A DNA stretch of 63,014 nt, the filler included. It is 4 parts of 4 records of this genome, joined end to end, with 100 filler letters (N's around TTAATTAATTAA, not from the genome) between each part and the next. Parts side by side here need not be neighbours in the genome. Positions count along the whole stretch, not along the records: positions 12,892 to 39,605 come from SRR31147125_4604; 3 more parts are not named here. One strand, given 5' to 3'. The position numbers and the translations under genes were made by a program. The notes beneath the pieces are model-generated. The model worked only from the letters and a program-made list of their open reading frames with translations. It made no database searches and had not been told where the DNA came from. Below are positions 20,772 to 30,987 of this stretch, in pieces (positions within the stretch are counted from its first letter, which is position 1; each line of letters starts with the position of its first letter).

Positions 20772-21185
20772 ATGAAAAAATTGATCTTCTTATTATCAAT
20801 TCTCTTAGTTCTTATTTTATCAAGTTGTTCATCTTATGATGATATAGAACTATTATATTCAAACACATTTTTTACATCAGAAGATTTTAGTCCTGATCAG
20901 GTTGTTACTTCTTTTAGTCAATATACAGATACTAATTATCCTATAGAACTAGATGCTGAGTTTTTTAATGATTACGTACTTTATACATATAGTTTTATGA
21001 ACAATGAAACAGGTAAAGATCTATTTAAATTAACAGATGATGACATCATTGACGATACGCTCACACTTACACTTGAGGAAACAAAAAACGAAGGTGAAGC
21101 TGCATTTGCGACATATATTTTTATATTTGCGATAAAAAAAGACATCTACAATGAAGTAGATGCCATAGAAATTGTATTTGATTAA
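20772..21185 (+). CDS. Hypothetical lipoprotein
   Basis: MKKLIFLLSILLVLILSSC lipobox; acidic mature part. Confidence 0.75.
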   Translation: MKKLIFLLSILLVLILSSCSSYDDIELLYSNTFFTSEDFSPDQVVTSFSQYTDTNYPIELDAEFFNDYVLYTYSFMNNETGKDLFKLTDDDIIDDTLTLTLEETKNEGEAAFATYIFIFAIKKDIYNEVDAIEIVFD

Positions 21186-21965
21186 GTTCAGTTTATCTGA
21201 ACTTTTTTCTGCATTTAAATAATGATACATCGCATCCCTTAAAAATATAGCTGCATGTTCACCTGCGACATCATAATATGCTTGAAATCTTTCATCATTA
21301 ACATATAAATCAACCAACCCTAGATGTTTTTCTGCATCATAGTGATCCCAATACATCTGAATCCATGTTTGGTGCATCTGACAAAGGACTATGGCTTCAC
21401 TACTTTTAATATCATGTGTATTTAAAGCTATGCGTAATTGACTTAAAATGTCTTTTTCAAGTTTTTTTGCTTCATCAAATTGATACTTGCTCATTTTTCT
21501 AATTTTTTGGTAACTAGAGTCTATGTCTTGTTTACCATAGGTATCTTTCAATTCTGATCCATATAATGTTTCATTATCTTTAATTATTTTTTCTTTTAAA
21601 CCGATAAATTTCTCTTCATTTGTCATATGCTGTTCTCCTTTATGATAATTAATTGTTTTTTTTATTGTTTTTATTAATTCATTCATTCTTTTCTTCTCTT
21701 TTTCTAAACTTTTTAAATGTTGATTTAATACATCAACTTCCATATAATCTTTACTTAATACTTTTTTAATATCAGAAAGCGACAGTCCTAATGTTTTATA
21801 GATACAAATTTGTTGTAATTTATCGATATCTTTATCATCATAAATACGATATAGATTTGTGTCTTTTTTTGCTTTTAATAAGCCAATATCATCATAATGT
21901 CTTAACGTTCTTGTCGTCATACCTGCCATTTTTGCTACTTCTTTAATATAGTACATCTTCATCAC
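21030..21965 (-). CDS. MerR-family regulator with TipAS ligand-binding domain (true stop probably near 21193)
   Basis: IKEVAKMAGMTTRTLRHYDDIGLL, YRIY; C-terminal H..W....W...H.GL..LYV.DERF..YYD; tail reads through a terminator hairpin into the convergent gene. Confidence 0.88.
   Translation of the reverse strand: MMKMYYIKEVAKMAGMTTRTLRHYDDIGLLKAKKDTNLYRIYDDKDIDKLQQICIYKTLGLSLSDIKKVLSKDYMEVDVLNQHLKSLEKEKKRMNELIKTIKKTINYHKGEQHMTNEEKFIGLKEKIIKDNETLYGSELKDTYGKQDIDSSYQKIRKMSKYQFDEAKKLEKDILSQLRIALNTHDIKSSEAIVLCQMHQTWIQMYWDHYDAEKHLGLVDLYVNDERFQAYYDVAGEHAAIFLRDAMYHYLNAEKSSDKLNLIKYNFYGIYFIVDVFFYRKYKNICRKCSFTFVFCFLKCKCERIVNDVIIC
21184..21208. terminator. Intrinsic terminator between lipoprotein and merR
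   Basis: AAGTTCAG-TTTAT-CTGAACTT-TTTT. Confidence 0.7.
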
Positions 21966-21973
21966 CCACCTAT

Positions 21974-22004
21974 ATTATACACATTAACGTAACGTTAATG
22001 TCAA
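21974..22004 (-). promoter_or_regulatory. MerR-type promoter: TTGACA-N19-TATAAT with overlapping dyad
   Basis: -35 at 21999-22004, -10 at 21974-21979, 19-bp spacer; perfect palindrome ACATTAACGT-A-ACGTTAATGT at 21981-22001. Confidence 0.9.
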
Positions 22005-22033
22005 GTAAAAAAATAACAATCATAAAATGACTG

Positions 22034-22750
22034 TTATCTGATAAATGTTAATATATGATTGATCACTTGATCTTGTTGTTCTAAATTTGAAATCAAGGCT
22101 TCTCCATCACCATTTTGCATCCCATAAAATCCAAAATATCCATGGTTACCATCTTGTATGATTTCAAATGTAGCATCTTCTGGCAACAATGATATGCTAT
22201 TTTCGACATCATTTAAATCTAATATTTGATCATTTGATGCTGTGATGACCATCACATTTTTATCACTCATATCTTTTATGGGGTAACTTGCAAGAAATAT
22301 CATATCTGTGATGCGCTCATCTTTTGTACTAAACATAGATGCGACTGTACCACCTAAACTATGGCCAATCACAACATTATCCAGATCATCTGATAAAAAC
22401 CTTGTAGGATATTGTGGTGTGAGTATCGCTAGCTTAAAAAAAGATTTAAAGACTGTTACTTCATAACCATTTAGCGCTAAAACATATGCTAAATAATGAT
22501 AACCACTTGCGTCTACTTTACCGCCAGGAATGATTAACACATGTTTAAGTGGATTATCAATATCATAGGATATATGGTCAAAAGATTCGCTCACCAACAC
22601 TTCATCTGATAATATTTTTTCAATTTCATCATACATCTCGTCTGATCCTTGATAAAACCCTCTTGAATATATAAAGAGTATACTTAATATCAATAAAAAG
22701 ATACTTAGTAATACAATACTTATACGTTTAAACCATCTTTTTAATTTCAT
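22034..22750 (-). CDS. Membrane-anchored alpha/beta hydrolase (Abhydrolase_5-like)
   Basis: PGGKV, GHSLGG, LASY, GNHGYFG.YG.Q.GD motifs; N-terminal TM. Confidence 0.85.
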   Translation of the reverse strand: MKLKRWFKRISIVLLSIFLLILSILFIYSRGFYQGSDEMYDEIEKILSDEVLVSESFDHISYDIDNPLKHVLIIPGGKVDASGYHYLAYVLALNGYEVTVFKSFFKLAILTPQYPTRFLSDDLDNVVIGHSLGGTVASMFSTKDERITDMIFLASYPIKDMSDKNVMVITASNDQILDLNDVENSISLLPEDATFEIIQDGNHGYFGFYGMQNGDGEALISNLEQQDQVINHILTFIR

Positions 22751-22878
22751 TTTTTCTATACCTCTAAGATTATAATTTTTCTATACTTGTATACTTTGGT
22801 TTAAAAAATCTCATTTTCATTATATAATGAACATATATTACTCACTACAATCAAAGATAAAATGAAAGGAGATTTCCT

Positions 22879-23067
22879 ATGGAAACCGATCAAAGAATTC
22901 AAATATTAAAAGACGCTATTGATAAAAGATTAAAAACATTGTACGCAAAAGATGAAACAGAACAATGCAATGAAGCAAAAACTTTAGAATATCTCATGTG
23001 TTTAATCGAAGCAGATTCTGATGATGAAGAATATGCAACAAAATGTTTAAGACAAATGTACCTTTAA
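22879..23067 (+). CDS. Small hypothetical protein
   Basis: RBS AAAGGAGA, 62-aa ORF followed by terminator AAAAGCATTCTGCGGAATGCTTTT. Confidence 0.7.
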   Translation: METDQRIQILKDAIDKRLKTLYAKDETEQCNEAKTLEYLMCLIEADSDDEEYATKCLRQMYL

Positions 23068-23100
23068 TAAAAAGCATTCTGCGGAATGCTTTTTTTATAG

Positions 23101-23944
23101 TTAAAAATCAATGTCTTTTGATACAGTAAGTACTTGGTGAGTTCTTGGATGCATAAAAGAAATCTCATAAAAATGTAGCATGAGTCTTTGATATGATAAA
23201 TGCATATGTCCATATAAACTATCTGATACAACTGGATAACCAATCGATCTTAAATGCACGCGTATTTGGTGTTTTCTTCCAGTTGTTATACCTACTTTTA
23301 AAAGTGAATATTTATCTCTTTGTTCAATGACTTCATAAGTTGTATGTGCAGATTTTCCACTTTTGTGAACAATCATTTTATCGCTATGGCGATCATTGCC
23401 AATCGGTGCATCAATACTACCCTCACGTTGTTCTAAATGTCCTTCTACGAGACATATATATGTTTTTTTTATCAAATGGTCTTCAAATTGTTTTGACAAG
23501 TAACTGAGCATCAATGGATGTTTCGCAAAAACAATTAAACCTGAAGTCTCATAATCAATACGATGTACAGGTAAAATAGGATATGGATGATCATATCTGG
23601 CATTAACAAAATTGGTAAGTGTATGATGATCTTGTCCATCACTATAAACCAAACACCTTGTTGGTTTATTTACAATAATGACATCATCATCTTCATAGAC
23701 AACATCTACTTGACCTTTTGTTTTTAAAACTGGTTTTGCTTTTAAAATACTTGCATCAATGTCTATCTTATCCCCATGTTTAATATGTGTATCGACATCA
23801 CATACTTGATCATTGATTTTAATAGCTTTAGCAATATTTAATTTATATATCTTTTTTTGATACTTGATAAAACGATAGAAAATCTCTTATTGTATTTATT
23901 TGATGTTCTTTATTTATTCTAAATTCTATCCATGAATTTTTCAT
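23101..23944 (-). CDS. RluA/RluD-family pseudouridine synthase (frameshifted near 23852-23858)
   Basis: VYEDDDVIIVNKP, HRIDYETSGL, TGRKHQIRVH, LMLH; N-terminus MKNSWIEF... from 23944 is out of frame at an A7 run. Confidence 0.85.
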
Positions 23945-23999
23945 TATATCACCCACCATAGTATAACATCAATTGATAAAAAAACCTCATCAGAGGTTT

Positions 24000-24302
24000 T
24001 TAAGCGAGTACTTCTAGTTTGACTGCAACAAAATTTTCATTATATGCTCTAAAGTGGTTGTTGTCTTCTTCATTCATGAATTCAAAATATGCCTTAACAT
24101 CCGCTTGATTACAAATGATTTCTGGTTTTGCTTTTACCACTTCTTCACCAAATTGTAAGTCAACTGTTTTATTTTCTTTCATATAAGCTACTTTATGTGA
24201 TGTTCCCATAGTAATCACAAGTAATTGATCATCTTTTGTAACATAGTTCATTTTTCTTTTTTTGTCTAAATAATTTAATAATAAAATTCCTTTTTTGTTC
24301 AT
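24000..24302 (-). CDS. Small hypothetical protein, possibly pyridoxamine-oxidase-like split barrel
   Basis: T..TSHKVAYMKEN..V.L pattern; RBS AAAGGTGA. Confidence 0.5.
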   Translation of the reverse strand: MNKKGILLLNYLDKKRKMNYVTKDDQLLVITMGTSHKVAYMKENKTVDLQFGEEVVKAKPEIICNQADVKAYFEFMNEEDNNHFRAYNENFVAVKLEVLA

Positions 24303-24410
24303 CAATATCACCTTTATCTTTCTAATTAACATTATAAATAATAAATATAATAATTACAATTTAAATGCTTAAATAATTGAAAGTTATACAACCAGAGACA
24401 TACATCTTTA

Positions 24411-25508
24411 TTATTTTTGTTCTTTTTTCCATTCACCAAATACTTGATTGACTTGTCTTGCGACTCTAACAAATGTTGTACTCTTTGATAATTCTTTAAG
24501 ACGTCTAGCCCCAACATATGTACAAGCAGATCTTAACCCACCTAATATATCTAAAACGGATCCATCAATGTTACCACGATAAGGTAATGTCACTGTTTTT
24601 CCTTCAGATGATCGATACTCTGCAACGCTACCATAGTTTTTCTTCATCGCTGTTTCTGAACTCATACCATAAAACTTCATGAATTTTTTTGTTTCATAGA
24701 TTGGTTCTAAGGTATTTGGGTCGACAAGTCCTGAATTTCTTTTTTCAACAATCATTTTTCCGCCACCTTCATCATGACCTGCAAACATACCACCTAACAT
24801 CACAAAATCAGCACCTGCACCAAATGCTTTTGCCACATCACCTGGACAAGTACAACCACCATCACCGATGATGTGTGCGCCTAAACCATGAGCTGCATCT
24901 GCACATTCCATAATTGCAGATAGTTGTGGATAACCAACACCTGTTTGAATACGTGTTGTACAAACACTTCCAGGACCAATGCCAACCTTAACAATATCAG
25001 CACCACGCAAAATAAGCTCTTGTGTCATATCAGCAGTCACAACATTACCTGCAATAATTGTATGATGAGGAAATGCACCCCTTACTTTTTCAACAAAATC
25101 ACCAAAATGCTCTGAATAACCATTTGCCACATCTATACAAATATATTCTATTTCTGGAAAAGCTTTTAATATATGTGTTAAATTTTTAAAGTCTCTATCA
25201 TTTGTACCTGTACTTACAGCGAAGTTTTTAGGGTTCAATTGATTTGCATACTGATTGAAATCTTCTAAATCATATGTTTTTACTAGGCATGTAAACAATT
25301 GATGGGCTTGTAGTTTTACTGCAACATCCATCATACCTACACCATCCATATTAGATGCCATAATTGGAATACCTTTATAAGTTTTTTTACTATGTCTAAA
25401 TGTATAAGTTCTACTTAGATCAACATCTCTTCTACTTTTTAAAGTTGAGCGTCTCGGTCTAATTAATACATCACTAAAATCTAATTTTTGATCGTCTTCT
25501 ATACGCAT
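24411..25508 (-). CDS. guaC: GMP reductase
   Basis: [60 protein letters not shown]. Confidence 0.95.
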   Translation of the reverse strand: MRIEDDQKLDFSDVLIRPRRSTLKSRRDVDLSRTYTFRHSKKTYKGIPIMASNMDGVGMMDVAVKLQAHQLFTCLVKTYDLEDFNQYANQLNPKNFAVSTGTNDRDFKNLTHILKAFPEIEYICIDVANGYSEHFGDFVEKVRGAFPHHTIIAGNVVTADMTQELILRGADIVKVGIGPGSVCTTRIQTGVGYPQLSAIMECADAAHGLGAHIIGDGGCTCPGDVAKAFGAGADFVMLGGMFAGHDEGGGKMIVEKRNSGLVDPNTLEPIYETKKFMKFYGMSSETAMKKNYGSVAEYRSSEGKTVTLPYRGNIDGSVLDILGGLRSACTYVGARRLKELSKSTTFVRVARQVNQVFGEWKKEQK

Positions 25509-25522
25509 AAAATATACCCTCT

Positions 25523-25957
25523 TTATCTATTTTTTTCAAACACAAGTCTATTATACAATAAATCATAAATCTTGAGAAAACAAATCATAAAAACACCACC
25601 AAAAAAATCTATACCTACATCAATTAAAGATGCGCTGCGATCAATATGGATGAATTGTAACGATTCATCAATCAAAGCAGTTAATAAAACACAAATCAGC
25701 ACAATCAACACTTTTTTATCTAATGTTTTATACCACAAAAAAGTAAGTATAAAAAATTCAGTAAAATGCGCTAATTTCCGTACGATGACATGTAGTGTTT
25801 CTTCTTCTATATGAATATGTATGCATGCAAATAGTCGACCTAATCCTTGTGTAATGAAGTTCGATTGTTCTGAAGATATTTCTCCTGGTAGTATTGATTG
25901 CGTCCAAATAAATAGTGTAAAAACGATTGTCATTGTGATCCAAATGTTTTTTTTCAT
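25523..25957 (-). CDS. VanZ-like membrane protein
   Basis: [16 protein letters not shown]...RSAS..DV.ID. Confidence 0.88.
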   Translation of the reverse strand: MKKNIWITMTIVFTLFIWTQSILPGEISSEQSNFITQGLGRLFACIHIHIEEETLHVIVRKLAHFTEFFILTFLWYKTLDKKVLIVLICVLLTALIDESLQFIHIDRSASLIDVGIDFFGGVFMICFLKIYDLLYNRLVFEKNR

Positions 25958-26054
25958 ATATTTCTCCTGCTTTAAGTAGACATACATTGCAAAGCCATAG
26001 CGAATGCTATATAATTATTATATAATCAAATAAGAATTTCAGGGAGGTATTTAA

Positions 26055-26717
26055 ATGAAAAAATCTACATACGGTTATGGATGGGTATTAAAATTCTTAC
26101 TTGCAGCTATATTACTAGGTGTTGGTATTTACATGGTTTTTGCTGATGAGGTCGTTTATGCCATTACAGGTATATCTATTATTGTATTTTCATTATTTAG
26201 AGTTGTACCACTTGTGAAATCTCTTAATAAAGAAGTTCTTAGAACAATAAATATTATTGAAGTAATTTTTGATTTATTGGTAGGTGCAATCATTACCTAT
26301 ATTGCTTTTGCACAAGGTGATCAATTAAGTAACCAACCAATTTGGGCTGCAATCTATCGTTATAGTCTAGTATTTTTCTTCTATGCACGTTCACTTGTAT
26401 TTTTTAGTAGTGTTGCTTTCTTTGGTGAGAAAACAGAAGTCCCTAAGTTTTTCGCACATATTGTAACCATATCATTAGGTGCAATCATCGCAGTACTTCC
26501 TGACTTTGACTATGAATTAGTTGGTTTTTTCTTAATCATTGCATTAATTGGTGCAATCTATCTTGGTTTTGATGGTTATGGTGGATATAAAAAGTATCGT
26601 GCATTTCAATTAGAACTTAATGAAGGTAAATCAAAAGAGATAACTGATGAAAAAGAAAAGAAAAAACAACCTGTGATTGAAGAACCTGAAGAAGAAAAAA
26701 GACCTTATGTCAATTAA
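26055..26717 (+). CDS. Hypothetical membrane protein (about 6 TM)
   Basis: RBS GGGAGG, hydrophobic segments, charged C-terminal tail, downstream terminator. Confidence 0.75.
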   Translation: MKKSTYGYGWVLKFLLAAILLGVGIYMVFADEVVYAITGISIIVFSLFRVVPLVKSLNKEVLRTINIIEVIFDLLVGAIITYIAFAQGDQLSNQPIWAAIYRYSLVFFFYARSLVFFSSVAFFGEKTEVPKFFAHIVTISLGAIIAVLPDFDYELVGFFLIIALIGAIYLGFDGYGGYKKYRAFQLELNEGKSKEITDEKEKKKQPVIEEPEEEKRPYVN

Positions 26718-26756
26718 TCAAAAAGCGTCTAAGACGCTTTTTTTATGGAGTCATTT

Positions 26757-27668
26757 ATGAAATACAAACATTTAGCTGGGCTAGGATTTTCTATAATCTT
26801 TGGTCTATCATTTCTATTTTCAAAACAAGCACTTAACTTTGTCAGTCCAATGGGATTAATTGCTTATCGGTTTTTATTTGCCTGGATAACTTTTATGCTA
26901 CTCATACTTACAGGTATCATTAAAATTAACGTGAAGCCATCAATGATTAAATATTTAATACTTTGTGGTATCTTTCAACCTGTCATATATTTCATCGGTG
27001 AAACATATGGGCTAAATCTTGTTGGATCTGGAGAAGCAGGATTGATGATTGCAATCATTCCTATTTTTGTTGTGATATTTAGCGCGATATTTTTAAAAGA
27101 ATATCCAACAAAAATCCAATACTTATTTATGCTAATGAGCATCACTGGTGTTTTTATCATTCAAATCAATCAATTATCCAATCAAAATCAGTGGTTAGGT
27201 TTTGTATATTTATTTATTGCTGTTATTGCAGCAAGTTTATTTAATATTGTCTCAAGATATATTTCTAAAACCACTTCACCGATGACTTCTACATTTTTTA
27301 TGACATCCATTGGTGCACTTTCATTTAATATACTCTATGTCTTAGAATTATTTACAAAAGATAACTTAACAGCTTACCTATCATCACTATATCACATTGA
27401 ACTTATTGTACCATTACTATATTTAGGTATTATAGCATCCGTCGGTTGTTTCTTCTTAGTCAATACTTCACTAAAATACTTACCTGCACATGTCTCTAGT
27501 ATTTATACGAATGTATCAACAGTGATTGCTTTAATTGCCGGTGTTCTATTTTTAAATGAAACACTTTACTTATACCATTATATCGGTGGTTTATTCATTA
27601 TATTAGGTGTCTATTTAACCGTAAGATTTCAGCGATATCAAAAAAAAGTAGTATCTCAAACAAAATAA
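26757..27668 (+). CDS. DMT/EamA family transporter
   Basis: IFGLSFLFSK, AYRF, QPVIYFIGETYGL, FLKE and FLNE repeats; 10 TM. Confidence 0.9.
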   Translation: MKYKHLAGLGFSIIFGLSFLFSKQALNFVSPMGLIAYRFLFAWITFMLLILTGIIKINVKPSMIKYLILCGIFQPVIYFIGETYGLNLVGSGEAGLMIAIIPIFVVIFSAIFLKEYPTKIQYLFMLMSITGVFIIQINQLSNQNQWLGFVYLFIAVIAASLFNIVSRYISKTTSPMTSTFFMTSIGALSFNILYVLELFTKDNLTAYLSSLYHIELIVPLLYLGIIASVGCFFLVNTSLKYLPAHVSSIYTNVSTVIALIAGVLFLNETLYLYHYIGGLFIILGVYLTVRFQRYQKKVVSQTK

Positions 27669-27717
27669 TTTGGAATTTTATGCTTCTAGATGTAATATAA
27701 AAGAAAAGGAGTCATAT

Positions 27718-28083
27718 ATGCTAGGTTCATTTTCCGTAAGTTTACATGTGAAAGATATAGAGAAAAGTTATGCATTTTATAAAAAACTTGGATTTCAACA
27801 AATGGGTGGATTTATCGAACAAAAGTGGGTCATCTTAAAAAATGGTGATGCTGTCATTGGTCTATTCCAAGACATGTTTGACCATGATATTCTAACATTC
27901 AATCCTGGTTATAATCAATCTGGCCAAGCACAATCATCTTTTATAGATATTAGAGAAATTCAAAAAGAACTCCAGCGTAAAGGCCTTGATACTGGAGAAA
28001 GCATTTCAACTAAAGAAGGTCCTGCACATTTTACGATGAAAGATCCCGATGGACACGTCATCCTATTTGATCAGCATATCTAG
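27718..28083 (+). CDS. VOC/glyoxalase family protein
   Basis: LGSFSVSL.VKDI.KS.AFY.KLGF, IGLFQ, DPDGHVILFDQH. Confidence 0.9.
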   Translation: MLGSFSVSLHVKDIEKSYAFYKKLGFQQMGGFIEQKWVILKNGDAVIGLFQDMFDHDILTFNPGYNQSGQAQSSFIDIREIQKELQRKGLDTGESISTKEGPAHFTMKDPDGHVILFDQHI

Positions 28084-28204
28084 TCATCTAAGACACTGAT
28101 ACATTCGTTTCATAAACGTTTGTTGTGTCTTTTTTTGTTCTAAACAATCAACCCATCAGACTTATGGTAAAATGTATATAGAAAATATATAAGGAGAATG
28201 AATC

Positions 28205-28693
28205 ATGCAATTTGAAACACTACTTCATGAAAATAACCCAAAATTAGAATTAAAAATAAAAAATCTAGGTACAATCTATATTCAATTATTTCCAGAGATT
28301 GCACCAAAGTCTGTTGAAAACTTTTTAAAGCTTATTGACCAAGATTTCTATCGTGGACTCATATTCCATCGTGTCATTGAAAACTTTATGATTCAAGGTG
28401 GATGGGGTGCACCAGTTGACCCTATCAAAGGTGAATTTATGCAAAATGGATTTAATAATGAACTCTTACATACAAGAGGTGTGCTATCAATGGCAAGAAC
28501 AAATGATCCAAACTCAGCATCTTCACAATTCTTTATTATGCATCAAGACTCACCACATTTAGATGGTGCATATGCTGCATTTGGTGCTGTTTATCAAGGT
28601 ATTGAAATTGTAGATTTAATTGCAAAACAACCTACAGGTTTTCAAGATAAACCGATTGAAGATATTGTCATCGAATCATTTAAACGCATCTAA
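28205..28693 (+). CDS. Cyclophilin-type peptidyl-prolyl isomerase
   Basis: APKSVENF, FHRVIENFMIQGG, RGVLSMAR, SASSQFFI, HLDGAYAAFG. Confidence 0.93.
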   Translation: MQFETLLHENNPKLELKIKNLGTIYIQLFPEIAPKSVENFLKLIDQDFYRGLIFHRVIENFMIQGGWGAPVDPIKGEFMQNGFNNELLHTRGVLSMARTNDPNSASSQFFIMHQDSPHLDGAYAAFGAVYQGIEIVDLIAKQPTGFQDKPIEDIVIESFKRI

Positions 28694-28697
28694 ATCA

Positions 28698-28735
28698 AAA
28701 AAGTTCAAAAGGTAGATACCCTTTGAACTTTTTTT
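28698..28735. terminator. Bidirectional terminator
   Basis: AAAAAAGTTCAAAAGGT-AGAT-ACCCTTTGAACTTTTTT between convergent PPIase and MarR genes. Confidence 0.75.
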
Positions 28736-29149
28736 ATAGTGTCTCAACTATTTTTTTTAATAATGTTTCTAACATTTCGATTTCTTCTTCACTTAAACTC
28801 TCAAACATTTTTTTAAGAATCTCATTATTCTTTTTTTTAAATTGTTTTCGAACATTAAATGCTTTATCACTAGCAACATACTGATGTTTATAACTACCTT
28901 CACCAATTTTTTCTACGAATCCTTTTTTTCTAAATCCTTGAGTGTTCTTGAAACATGACCTTTATCCAGTCTAAGCTTCTCACAAATTTGGTTTTGCGTT
29001 AATCCTTCTTTATGTCCACATGTGATAAAAATAAATCCTATATGTCTTTTTGATAAATCATTTTTTTCTAATATATCTTCATGCTCAATCATCATTTTCT
29101 TATGAATAGCGTGCATTAAGGTAGGCAGATAACTTATATCTTTTCTCAT
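28734..29149 (-). CDS. MarR-family regulator (frameshifted at A7 run 28923-28929)
   Basis: GLTQNQICEKLRLDKGHVSRTLKDLEKK; one extra A gives GFVEKIGEGSYK...LSEEEIEMLETLLKKIVETL*. Confidence 0.85.
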
Positions 29150-29151
29150 CT

Positions 29152-30987
29152 TTAAACCTCAAATTGACTATTATAAAGATCTGCATAAAAACCTTGTTTA
29201 GCAAGTAGTTCCTCATGATTTCCAGTTTCAACAACGTTTCCTTCTTTTAACACTAAGATAATGTCAGCATTTTTAATCGTTGATAAACGGTGAGCAATGA
29301 CGAATGTCGTTCTATTTTTCATCAGTTCATCCATCGCATCTTGTATTAATTGTTCAGTTCTAACATCAACTGATGATGTTGCTTCATCTAAGATAAGCAT
29401 TGGTGCATCTGTAACCATCGCTCTAGCGATAGTTAAGAGTTGGCGCTGACCTTGCGATATATTGGCATTTTCAGATAAGACCATGTCATATCCATATGGT
29501 TGTGATTTAATGAAATGATGGACATTAGCAGCCTTAGCAGCGGCAATAACTTGTTCATCAGTTGCATGAGTACGTCCATACGTTAAGTTTTCTTTAATAC
29601 TACCTTCAAACAACCAAGTATCTTGTAACACCATCCCAAATAATTGATGAACATTTTGTCTTGTAAGTTTTTTTGTGTCAATATTATCAATAAGTATATG
29701 ACCACTATCTATATCATAAAATCTCATGACCAGATTAACAAGTGTTGTTTTACCAGCACCAGTAGGTCCTACAATAGCAACTTTTTGTCCTGGTTTAACT
29801 TTAAGATTAAAATCATGAATAATTGTTTGATCTTTTTCATATCCAAATTTAACATGTCTAAATTCAACATAACCTTTAACATCCTTTTTATGAATGCTAC
29901 GTTCTGATGATTCCATACTCATTTCATCTTCTTTTAAGAAATCAAATACACGTTCACTTGCTGCAAGTGCAGATTGAATTTGTGTCATTGTTTGAGCAAC
30001 AGTACCAATCGGTTGATTTAAGCGTCTATTATACATAAGTAGTGATTGAATGTTACCAATACTAATACGTCCATCGACTGCAAATATAGCACCAACAACA
30101 GCAATAACAACATAACTTAAATTACCAATGAAACGCATAATAGGTTGCATCAGACCAGATAGGAATTGAGACTTCCAAGCTGATTCATAAAGTTGATCAT
30201 TCTTTTCATTAAATTTATTAAGAAACTTGCCTTCTGCTTGATATACTTTTAATACTTGTTGACCCGTATATGATTCTTCAATATGACCATTTAGTTCACC
30301 AAGTACTTTTTGTTGTGAGCGGAAATATTTTTGTGAATGCTTCATAATAATACGTATCATCACGACACTAAGTGGTAACATGGCGATAATCATGAGTGCA
30401 ATCCATACATCAATAACAAATAGCATCACAAGAATACCTATAATCATGGTGATTGATGTTGTAAATTGACTAATTGAGTTATTGAGCGTTTGACTTAATA
30501 AGTCAATATCATTGGTCATACGACTTAGTGTATCACCATAACTTGTTTGATCAAAATATTTTAGTGGTAGGCGTTCTAATTTATTAAATAAATCAGTTCT
30601 TAATTGTTTAGATACTTTTTGAGTCACACGTGCAATCATAATACCTTGTACGAGATTAAATATAAAACTTGCAATATATATAGCAATAAGGATATACATA
30701 ATCATAAATATATCTTCTAAACTAATTTTGAAAATCCCTGTCGCAATAAATCTTTCAACATCTTCTTGTATAATTGTTGTCATATCACCAATTAATTTAG
30801 GTCCTGCAATGTTAGCAGCAGTTGAAATAATCGCAAACACAAGTACAAATATAAGGATTACTCTAAACGGTTTTAAGTAACTCACTAATTGAGAAAAAGC
30901 TTTTTTCATTGACTTAGGTTTTTGAACAATACGTCCACCATGTCCTGGGCCGTGCATAGCTGGTCCTCTTTTTTCTGATTTAGCCAC
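29152..30987 (-). CDS. ABC exporter subunit (TMD+NBD), heterodimer partner 2
   Basis: GPTGAGKTT, ISQGQRQLL, ILDEATSS, IAHRLSTI. Confidence 0.93.
   Translation of the reverse strand: MAKSEKRGPAMHGPGHGGRIVQKPKSMKKAFSQLVSYLKPFRVILIFVLVFAIISTAANIAGPKLIGDMTTIIQEDVERFIATGIFKISLEDIFMIMYILIAIYIASFIFNLVQGIMIARVTQKVSKQLRTDLFNKLERLPLKYFDQTSYGDTLSRMTNDIDLLSQTLNNSISQFTTSITMIIGILVMLFVIDVWIALMIIAMLPLSVVMIRIIMKHSQKYFRSQQKVLGELNGHIEESYTGQQVLKVYQAEGKFLNKFNEKNDQLYESAWKSQFLSGLMQPIMRFIGNLSYVVIAVVGAIFAVDGRISIGNIQSLLMYNRRLNQPIGTVAQTMTQIQSALAASERVFDFLKEDEMSMESSERSIHKKDVKGYVEFRHVKFGYEKDQTIIHDFNLKVKPGQKVAIVGPTGAGKTTLVNLVMRFYDIDSGHILIDNIDTKKLTRQNVHQLFGMVLQDTWLFEGSIKENLTYGRTHATDEQVIAAAKAANVHHFIKSQPYGYDMVLSENANISQGQRQLLTIARAMVTDAPMLILDEATSSVDVRTEQLIQDAMDELMKNRTTFVIAHRLSTIKNADIILVLKEGNVVETGNHEELLAKQGFYADLYNSQFEV

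Noticed and set aside
21030-21190. Genuine antisense overlap of merR with the lipoprotein gene
   Set aside because: The extension runs through a terminator hairpin and disappears if one A is added to the A6 run; likely an indel artefact.
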